In this document: piece by piece, positions 1-7,535 of the stretch | Layout of the letters: every line of letters starts with the position of its first letter | Position numbering within the stretch: position 1 is the stretch's first letter | NCBI RefSeq assembly: GCF_006345805.1 | Contig: NW_021827822.1 | Span: 1 to 9,862, forward strand | Source: Octopus sinensis | Lineage: Eukaryota | DNA: 9,862 nt | Reading direction: 5' to 3' | The notes under the pieces: model-generated | The model's input: the letters and a program-made list of their open reading frames with translations, nothing else | Told to the model about the DNA's origin: nothing | The model's database searches: none | Program-made: the position numbers and the translations under genes

Positions 1-8
1 TTAAATCC

Positions 9-482
9 ATGTGCACATACACACACACACACACTCACACATACACGCACGCACGCACATGCACACTCACACGTACGCTTACACACACATACGTCCATTA
101 CACTTACACACACAAATACATATGCATATACACACACATGGTGCACACACATACACGTACATGTACAAACACACGGGTACATAGATATACACTCAAATAC
201 ACACCCATTATATACACATATACACACTCAGGTACACACACACACACACACACACGCATATACACTCAACTGCATATATATCCTCATATAAACACACAGA
301 TTACGCACACGTACCCGTATGCAAACACATAAATGCTCGGGTACACATGCATACACACGCAAGTAAACACACGAAGTGCACATACACAGAAAGACTCATA
401 CACACTGATGTACACACATACACGAACACACACACACACACACAGTCGGGTACATACCCATAGTCGGGTACATACCCATACA
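9..482. repeat. Degenerate (CA)n/(CATA)n low-complexity tract
   Basis: Continuous CA/TA/CG dinucleotide mosaic. The ORFs over it are H/T/Y or V/C/M low-complexity artefacts. Confidence 0.9.
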
Positions 483-561
483 TACGCATTCACAAGTAAC
501 TAACGAATAAAACCTGTGATTATTTCTCTAATTACGATGGACGAAAGTAGACAGGTTGTGA

Positions 562-642
562 GGGGTACATAGCGGGGGTGGGTGGGTATAGGGGTGGAGT
601 GGGGGGATGGGGGGTGGATCGGAAAAAAGGGCGTGGGGCGGG
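562..642 (+). other. G-rich tract with G-quadruplex-forming potential
   Basis: More than eight runs of at least 3 G with short loops (GGGG, GGGGG, GGG, GGG, GGGG, GGGGGG, GGGGGG, GGG, GGGG, GGG). Confidence 0.6.
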
Positions 643-705
643 TTAAATGAACAGCAGCAGAGGTGGTGGTGAGAAGATATAGTAAAAACCGTGATTATAT
701 AACTA

Positions 706-813
706 CGTGTGTGTATATGTGTGTGTGTACAAAATGTATATCTATATCTATCCGCCCTTCTCTGTCTGTCTGTCTCTCCCTATATATATATATATGCATA
801 CATATATATATAC

Positions 814-889
<76 letters not shown>

Positions 890-937
890 ACACGCACATG
901 CTTACATAGATACACACACACGCGCGCAAACACACAT
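706..937. repeat. Compound microsatellite (TG)/(TCTG)/(TA)/(CA)
   Basis: (TG) at ~706-728, (TCTG) at ~760-775, (TA)n with CA interruptions at 781-880, CA-rich at 881-937. Confidence 0.9.
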
Positions 938-1014
938 ATAACATTTATATATGGCTTAGTTGGCTGGATTGCCAAGACTTCGAAGTCACTGTTGACAACA
1001 TTCTTGTAGAAGTA

Positions 1015-1157
1015 TAATATTATATATATATATATATTATAAATGACATACATACATGCACACACATGTATACACGCACACATTATTTATATTATATATA
1101 TATATATTATATATATATATATAGATATATATATATATATATATATACTAATAGTAT

Positions 1158-1220
<63 letters not shown>

Positions 1221-1233
1221 CACACACACACAT
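1015..1233. repeat. (TA)n-dominated microsatellite with CA ends
   Basis: Long interrupted (TA)n at ~1085-1220 flanked by CA-rich segments. Confidence 0.9.
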
Positions 1234-1417
1234 AAATTCGATTAGAGGTTATGTTAACCCCAAGAAAAGAAAATGGAGAATAGGAAGTAAATAATTGCTT
1301 ATTATTAACAGCATAGCAATCATCATCCCTTACAGCTGTTTCAATGAATACTCAGTGAATATCAATTGAATATTTAATTCATATGAGCTGAGTACAATAT
1401 CTTCAGAGGGAGAAAAT

Positions 1418-1485
1418 TATACCCTTGGATGTTTTATACGTGTTTATGGATTCCTTAAAACAGATATAAAACCTCCAAGGGTATA
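1418..1485. repeat. 68-nt inverted repeat (21-bp arms, 20/21 paired)
   Basis: TATACCCTTGGATGTTTTATA (1418-1438) is the reverse complement of TATAAAACCTCCAAGGGTATA (1465-1485) with one mismatch. The inner 26 nt also partly pair. Confidence 0.9.
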
Positions 1486-1486
1486 T

Positions 1487-1774
1487 TAACGTGCAAGTGA
1501 CTGAGTACTCCGCAGACACGAGTACCCTCAGCGTAGCTCTCAGAGAGATTCGGCGTGACTCAGATTGTGACAAGGCTGGTCTTTTGAAATAGAGGTACAA
1601 GAGAAACAGGGAGAAAGAGTGAAAGAAAGTTGTGGTGAAAGAGTACAGTAGGGCTCGCCATCACCCCCTGTCTAAGCGTCGTGGAGCTTTAGGTATTATC
1701 GCTCAATAAATTACTCACAACGCCTGGTCTGGGAATCGAAACCCTGCTCCTACGACCGCGAGTCCACTGACCTA
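1487..1774 (-). mobile_element. tRNA-derived SINE, type B (tail variant 1), 5' end clipped inside the A box
   Basis: The minus strand reads GCCCAGTGGTTAGGTCAGTGGACTCGCGGTCG...GGTTTCGATTCCCAGACCAGGCG (A-box remnant and B box). 1607-1774 aligns by eye with 7742-7916 of the copy at 7732-8039. The extent of the tail to 1487 rests on recalled similarity to an octopus SINE. Confidence 0.75.
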
Positions 1775-1929
1775 ACCACTGGGCTTCTTTCAGTTTCCAT
1801 CTGCCAAATCCACTCACAAGGCTTTGGTCGACCCAAGGCTATAGTAGAAGACACTTGCCCAAGGTGCCACGCAGTGGGACTGAACCCAGAACCATATGAT
1901 TGGCAAGCAAACGTCTTATCACACAGCCA
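1771..1929 (-). mobile_element. tRNA-derived SINE, type A, 5' module only
   Basis: Matches by eye the head of the copies at 8382-8531 and 9233-9387 (TGGCTGTG...GGTTCAGTCCCACTGCGTGGCACCTTGGGCAAGTGTCTTCTACTATAGCC...GAAAGAAGCCC). Confidence 0.85.
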
Positions 1930-2006
1930 TACATACATAAATACACACACACACACACACATATATACACACGTTTATATGTATGTTTATATACAAACAC
2001 ATGCCC

Positions 2007-2038
<32 letters not shown>

Positions 2039-2172
2039 AGAGAGAGAAAGAGTGAGAATGGGGAGAGAAGAAATAGCAAATGAACTCTAGTAAGGCAAAG
2101 TGGATAAACAGCTACGAGTTAAACAAATATATATATGCACACACACACACACATAAACACACACACACACAC

Positions 2173-2219
<47 letters not shown>

Positions 2220-2236
2220 GTATGTATGTATTGGTA

Positions 2237-2267
<31 letters not shown>

Positions 2268-2492
2268 GTATGTATATATATATATACATATATATATATA
2301 TACATATATATGTATGTATTTATGTATATATATATAAAGATATATATATATATATATGTGTGTGTGTGTAGGTATGTATATATATATATATATATTATAT
2401 ATATATGAGATAAGTATGTTTGTTGATAGATTGATTTCCCTATCTATCTGTCTGTCTGTCTGTCTGTCTGTCCGAGCGTCTGTCTGTCTGTC
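1930..2492. repeat. Compound microsatellite block: (CA)/(TA), (GA)n 2013-2070, (TA)/(CA)/(TG) 2126-2410, (TATC)/(TGTC) 2440-2492
   Basis: Visible directly in the sequence. Confidence 0.9.
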
Positions 2493-2494
2493 GT

Positions 2495-2884
2495 GGCCCT
2501 CCTATCAAACAACCTCCGTTGACTTCAGTCCAACTTTGAACCTCCCCAACAATCTCCTTCCACCACGCAAACCACAAATGTTCTTCTTCTCTGAAAGCCA
2601 AACCTCAACCCTAATATCTCTAACCTATCTCCGTTGTCTAGAATAGATTCTGTGTTCTGATTGGTGTTGCCCTGCTTTTGTATACTTTTGATCCTCTTTC
2701 CTTACCACGTACCTTGATATCAGCAACAAAACTTCCAGCTACTCAAGTTCAAAGTCTACCTTTCACTCATTTCACAATGTCCATCTGGCTGTCTCGTCTG
2801 TCTCGCTTTACGAACTATCGCAGCAGTCGTTCGATATCTTTCGGGTGGCATTACGGACTTCTGTCAATCTCAATCAATCCCCTT
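2495..2884 (+). pseudogene. Decayed N-terminal APE-type endonuclease fragment of a LINE (CR1/Jockey-like)
   Basis: Joining frames gives NLR*LQSNF (compare NIRGLxSNF), then KPQMFFFSESQTS...TYLRC (compare KPxxLFLTETQ, which holds the catalytic Glu), then GVALL and NFQLLKFKV-like segments. It contains stops and frameshifts. The motif match is by eye. Confidence 0.5.
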
Positions 2885-2945
2885 CAGTGGCGTAGCTAAC
2901 CGGGGAGCGATTGCCCCACGAGTACATGTTTTCAAAATTGGCGCC
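2885..2945 (+). mobile_element. Orphan DNA-transposon terminus (hAT-like, CAGTGGCGTAGCTA)
   Basis: CAGTGGCGTAGCTAACCGGGGAGCGATTGCCCC...GGCGCC resembles the ends of non-autonomous hAT elements and cuts the APE remnant abruptly. I found no matching second TIR in the window. Confidence 0.35.
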
Positions 2946-3101
2946 TTTTCAACATTTTAAAAAACTCCTTAGTGACCTGTATCAATAGTTTTTACTCTTC
3001 ACGCACAATAACATTGTTACTAAAACATAAAATTAATGAATGTAGAAGTCGGAAGAATGGCCAGTATGAACGGACCAATTCTGAGATTACACCTGTAACA
3101 A

Positions 3102-3180
3102 AATATGTGGCTGGAATACGACACCGTAATATGTGTTTCATATGATGCCGACATTTTGAGGTTAGTTCTTATCTAAAATA
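3102..3180 (+). repeat. Direct repeat copy 1 (79 bp, partner at 6681-6759)
   Basis: 78/79 identical to 6681-6759. The only difference is G3120 versus A6699. Confidence 0.95.
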
Positions 3181-3420
3181 AAAGAAGAAAGGGGCTTTCT
3201 ACCCGCCTTTTGACCAGGCTCCCGTGGCTTTTATGGGTTTTTCCACGAGTAACCTTTCGAAGCACCTCCCACTATTGGGAGTTTTTACTTGTTCTATTTT
3301 CGTTGTTATCTTGCATTTTTACACGGCCCTTTCAAACGGACAAACCCCTTTTTGTAACTTTCGTCCTGTATTTTGTCCTTACATGTTTTATTTGATTTTT
3401 GCTTGCCAATAAACGAGAAT
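3181..3420 (+). mobile_element. Probable 3' UTR fragment of a second LINE ending in AATAAA and a (TTA)n tail
   Basis: T-rich non-coding stretch with short stems (CGTGG 3223-3227/CCACG 3243-3247 and CTCCCA-CTAT-TGGGAG 3266-3281). AATAAA at 3408-3413 lies 7 nt before the TTA array. The family is not verified. Confidence 0.4.
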
Positions 3421-3459
3421 TAATTATTATTATTATTATTGTTGTTGTTGTTGTTGTTA

Positions 3460-3558
<99 letters not shown>

Positions 3559-3617
3559 TATTATTATTATTATTATTATTATTATCATTATTATTATTAT
3601 TATTATTATTATCATTA
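3421..3617. repeat. (TTA)n/(TAA)n array with TTG and TCA variants
   Basis: About 65 units, with a (TTG) block at ~3439-3462, TCA variants at 3518, 3586 and 3613, and a one-base phase slip at ~3556. Confidence 0.95.
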
Positions 3618-5580
3618 TATGTTTGACTTTTGCTTTATATTTGTACAAGTTGGCTCCAAGTCTCACCCAGAGACCTCAAGAGACAAGTTGGAAGTTCATG
3701 TTGGTGTTATGCCTAGTGTGCCATATATTTGGTTTTTTTTTTTTTGGTGTTGTACTAGTGGATGTCTAAAAAAACATACGAAAATTATGTTTGTTTTAAA
3801 ACTTGGGATTACAAAGGAAGTATTTTGCGTAGGATATGAGCAGTTCCCATGAGCACTATCTTTTGAATTTCTGCCATTTTTGGGTTTCCTGGTATCTGAG
3901 TTAGGTAGCTATCTGCCCCTTTTGCTATCATTCCCAGGGCACCTATGACAACAGGTATTGTTTTAGTCTTCAGCTTCCACATTTTGCTGATTTCTATTTC
4001 AAGATCTTTATATTTGCTCAGTTTTTGGTAGGTCTTGACAGATACGTTTATATCGATTGGGACAGTCATATCAATGAGGAGGCATTTTCTTTGTTTGAAG
4101 TCTTTCATATGATGTCTGGCCTATTTGCATCTATCTTTCTGTCAGTTTGAATGGCGAAGTTCCAGAGGAGTGAGATGTGGTCATGTCATTTCAAGCACGG
4201 GGGTGGTGTTTGTGTTCCTACCAGTTTTTTTTCATGGGGCAAATCCAGGTTTTTACAGATTACCCAGTGAATATATTGTGCAGCTCTATCGTGCCTGTTG
4301 AGATACTCTGTAGGCGCTAGAAGACTGCACTTGGAGACCACATGGTCAATGGTTTCATTTTGTTTTGCTTGCATCCACGACACGTTGGACTGCTTCTGAT
4401 CTTTAATATGTTGGCCTGGTAGTTTCTTGTTGGTAGGCATTGATCTTGAGCTGCTATGATAAACCCCTCTGTTTCAGATTTTAAGCCAGAGGCCATTAGC
4501 CATTGATGGGTCAGGGCTTTGTCAACATCTGCATTATTGCTCTCTTTGGTATTTGCCATAGAGAGGTTTTTCTTGCCATTTATCATTCAGAATATCTAAG
4601 GCCGCAGATTTAGCACGGGTTTTCATGCGCTTAGCTTTTTCTGTGCCTGTTTCTTGTATGTCTATCTCTTATTCCGAATTTGTTGTATTCGGAATTCACT
4701 TAGATATTCCTTTGCCTGTTTGTGTTACTGAGTATGATGCTTTTCTTGTTTTCATGTTTTGAGACAAGTTTTAACATCCAGTCTCAGAGTTTTTTCAGGT
4801 AGGTGTCTAGGCCAATTGTAGCAATCTTCATTGTTATTGCCAGTTGTAAAAGTCCACGGCCTCCCTCTTTTCTTGGCAGATAAAGTAGTTCTGTATCTGC
4901 CTTAGGGTGGGTGCATTCTATGCATTGTCAACAGTTTTCGTATTTTTCTGTCAAGATTACATATTTCAGCAATTGACCAGTTAACGATACTGAAACTGTA
5001 AGTCACGACTGGTATGGCTAATGCATTGATCGCTTCGATCCTGTTTCTCGCATTCAGCTCTGTCTTGAGTATTGCTCTTACTCTGCGATAGCATTCTCTC
5101 CTGATCCTTTCCTTCATCTCTGAATGCCTTATTCCTTCTCCTTCAATTACCCCTAGATACTTGTAGTTCTCTGCTGGGTCTAATTCTTTTTATGACATTC
5201 TGCTGGTCAAGGTTAACGTTAGATGTTTCTGTCATTTTCCTTTGATAAAGGTAGCTTTTGCGCATTTATCGAGGCCAAATTGCATTCTGATGTCATCACT
5301 GAATTGTTTGACAATCGCTAGTAAGCCCTTGAGTTGTTGGTCATTTTTTTGCAAAGAGCTTTAAATCATCCATGTAAATGAGATGATTTATATTTTTATC
5401 AAACATTTTATATGCATACTGCGCGTCATTGAGCAGTTTTGAGAGAGGTATTAAGGCTAAACAGAAGAGGAGCGGTGAGTCACCCTGGAAAATGCCACAT
5501 GAAATTTTTACATCACCAGCATTTAGAGATTCATTGTCACTGTTCAAAGTTAGTGTGGTTCTCCATGATCTCATACTTAC
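3618..5580 (-). mobile_element. 5'-truncated R4/Dong-clade non-LTR retrotransposon (RLE type) inserted in (TAA)n
   Basis: The minus strand carries RT, thumb, CCHC and RLE motifs in order, a ~190-nt 3' UTR (3618-3808) running into (TAA)n, and a 5' end that abuts a second (TAA)n array at 5581. Confidence 0.9.
3809..5580 (-). pseudogene. Frameshifted RT-CCHC-RLE ORF of the R4/Dong element (C-terminal part only)
   Basis: Motifs in order: GIFQGDS-PLLF (~5464-5496), HLIYMDDLKLF (YMDD at 5365-5376), FGLDKCA, YKYLG, YLPRKEGGRGL, KSETEGFIIAAQDQ, C-x2-C...H-x4-C (4327-4382), RHD, NRPDI (~4111-4125), LLIDMTVP, QKLSKYKDL, PVVIGALG, stop at 3809. It is broken by multiple frameshifts and stops. Confidence 0.92.
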
Positions 5581-5590
5581 ATTATTATTA

Positions 5591-5658
<68 letters not shown>
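5581..5658. repeat. (TTA)n/(TAA)n array at the 5' junction of the R4/Dong element
   Basis: About 26 units, pure except for a one-base phase slip at 5590-5592. Confidence 0.95.
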
Positions 5659-5661
<3 letters not shown>

Positions 5662-5717
5662 GCATCAAGGCATATTGTTATTATCATTATTTGATAAAAC
5701 GATGGTAGATAGGAATG

Positions 5718-6090
5718 TTCTTTTATCTTTTTACTTGTTTCAGTCAGTTGACTGTGACCATGCTGGAGCACCGCCTTTAGTCGAGCAAATCGACCCCAGG
5801 ACTTATTCTTTGTAAGCCTGGTACTTATTCTATCGGTCTCTTTTTCCGAACCGCTAAGACGGGGACATAAACACACCAGCATCGCTTGTCAAGCGGTGTT
5901 GGGGGATGGGACAAACACAGACACACACATATACATATACATATATACGACGGGCTTCTCTCAGTTTCCGTCTACCAAATCCGCTCACAAGGCTTTGGTC
6001 GGCCTGAGGATAAAGTAGAAGACACTTGCCAAAGGTGCCGCGCAGTGGGACTGAACCCTGAGGTAAGGAAGGACGCTTCTTACCACACAG
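5718..6090 (-). mobile_element. tRNA-derived SINE, type A, near full length with a damaged head
   Basis: Colinear with 8988-9387: tail TTTTTACTTGTTTCAGTC...CCATGCTGGAGCACCGCC, a short internal (CA)/(TA) tract at ~5915-5948, and a head ending CTTACCACACAG. Confidence 0.9.
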
Positions 6091-6218
6091 GAAAAAATGT
6101 ATACATTTCATGGAGAAAGTAATAAATAAAAGTATCAGACGGAGATGTGAAGTGTCGAAAAACAGGTTTGAGTTAGAATCCAGAAAAGATTAGAGAGAAG
6201 AGGAGGATATGAATGCAT

Positions 6219-6221
<3 letters not shown>

Positions 6222-6292
<71 letters not shown>
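6222..6292. repeat. (AG)n microsatellite in a purine-rich tract
   Basis: About 35 pure AG units. Confidence 0.95.
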
Positions 6293-6295
<3 letters not shown>

Positions 6296-6680
6296 AAGAA
6301 AGAAAGAGTGAGTCATATACTTATTTGTCTGAAATGAAAAGAAGAAAAGAAAAAAGTGAGTTAGAAAAGCTGAAGTAAACGAGAAGTGTAAACACAGAGA
6401 AAAGGCAGAAAGTAAAATAGATATTAATAATACAAGGTGCTTGAATGTAAATAAAATGATGTATAGACTTCAGTTGGCAAAATATATTTGTATTATCGCT
6501 GGTCCTGGGAAAAAGAAATATCAGTTTTTTTTTAAGTCTGTAGTTTTCCTATGAAATGCTCCCGAACCCTGCAACCTGATAAAGAATGATCTTTAACACA
6601 TTCAAATATAAGCAAATCTCTCCAAGGATTTTCTAAAAATCTTTCGAAGTACTTCAATATAACATTTCCTATGACAGCAT

Positions 6681-6759
6681 AATATGTGGCTGGAATACAA
6701 CACCGTAATATGTGTTTCATATGATGCCGACATTTTGAGGTTAGTTCTTATCTAAAATA
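6681..6759 (+). repeat. Direct repeat copy 2 (79 bp, partner at 3102-3180)
   Basis: 78/79 identical to 3102-3180. Confidence 0.95.
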
Positions 6760-6845
6760 TGATGAATAGTTTTGGAATGTCAATATAAAGCATTTCTTAT
6801 TGTACATAAGTAGTACTATTCAGAATCTAGAACCTAGAATCTAGG

Positions 6846-7210
<365 letters not shown>

Positions 7211-7344
7211 TACAGTAATCCCTCACAATATCGCACTTCACCTATTTCGCCATAGTACATCGTGGATTTTTCTGGTTAACATACATAAATTCATATCGCG
7301 GACTCCTCAGTATATTGCGTGTTTCTTCGGCCGATAGGTATTAG

Positions 7345-7507
7345 TGGGAGGGGATGAGTCGATTACATCGGCCCCAGTATTCCTCTGGTACTTATTTTAT
7401 CGACCCCTAAATGATAAAAGGTAAACTCGACCTCGGCAGAATTTGAACTCAGAACGTTGAAACGGGCGAAATACCGCTAAGCATTTCGTCCAGCGCCTTA
7501 ACGATTC
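7345..7507 (-). mobile_element. tRNA-derived SINE, type C, truncated at both ends
   Basis: The minus strand has a B-box-like GAGTTCAAATT (7440-7450), then GGTCGAG...GGGGTCGATAAAATAAGTACCAG...CTGGGGCCGATGTAATCGACT. This shares blocks with the type A tail (CGATAGAATAAGTAC, CTGGGGTCGATT at ~8750-8797). Confidence 0.75.
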
Positions 7508-7535
7508 GAAATATATAAAAATAATATAATAAATA

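Noticed and set aside
9-1083. ORFs rich in H/T, Y/I and V/C (also 2080-2408, 3332-3852, 5429-5815, 7005-7260, 8322-8854)
   Set aside because: They are translations of di-, tri- and tetranucleotide microsatellites and SINE sequence, with no domain content.
5575-5580. The 5'-truncated element begins with GTAAGT, a perfect splice-donor consensus on the minus strand
   Set aside because: The same bases encode in-frame V-S before MRSW, no upstream exon exists (pure TAA), and a single hexamer is easily chance.
3618-5580. R2 or rDNA-inserted element, or an active autonomous copy
   Set aside because: There is no rRNA sequence in the flanks and the motifs fit R4/Dong better. The 5' half is missing and the ORF is multiply disrupted.
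5577-5882. 101-aa minus-strand poly-Asn ORF ending next to the RT start, a possible fusion
   Set aside because: It runs through a SINE tail and the TAA array, ends in a stop and is out of frame with the RT fragment.
6532-6720. 62-aa non-repetitive minus-strand ORF (MKHILRCC...), and an apparent acceptor TTTTTTTTTAAG at ~6525-6536 on +
   Set aside because: No recognisable motif. The ORF overlaps the 79-bp duplicated segment, and all three + frames after the acceptor hit stops within ~55 nt.
3102-6759. 79-bp repeats as LTRs, or repeats and spacers as a CRISPR array
   Set aside because: There are no TG...CA ends, PBS or PPT, and the enclosed RT is non-LTR type. There are only two copies and the context is eukaryotic.
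6824-6844. AATCTAG-AACCTAG-AATCTAG 7-bp triplet repeat
   Set aside because: Short slippage repeat at the edge of the TATC array, with no sign of function.
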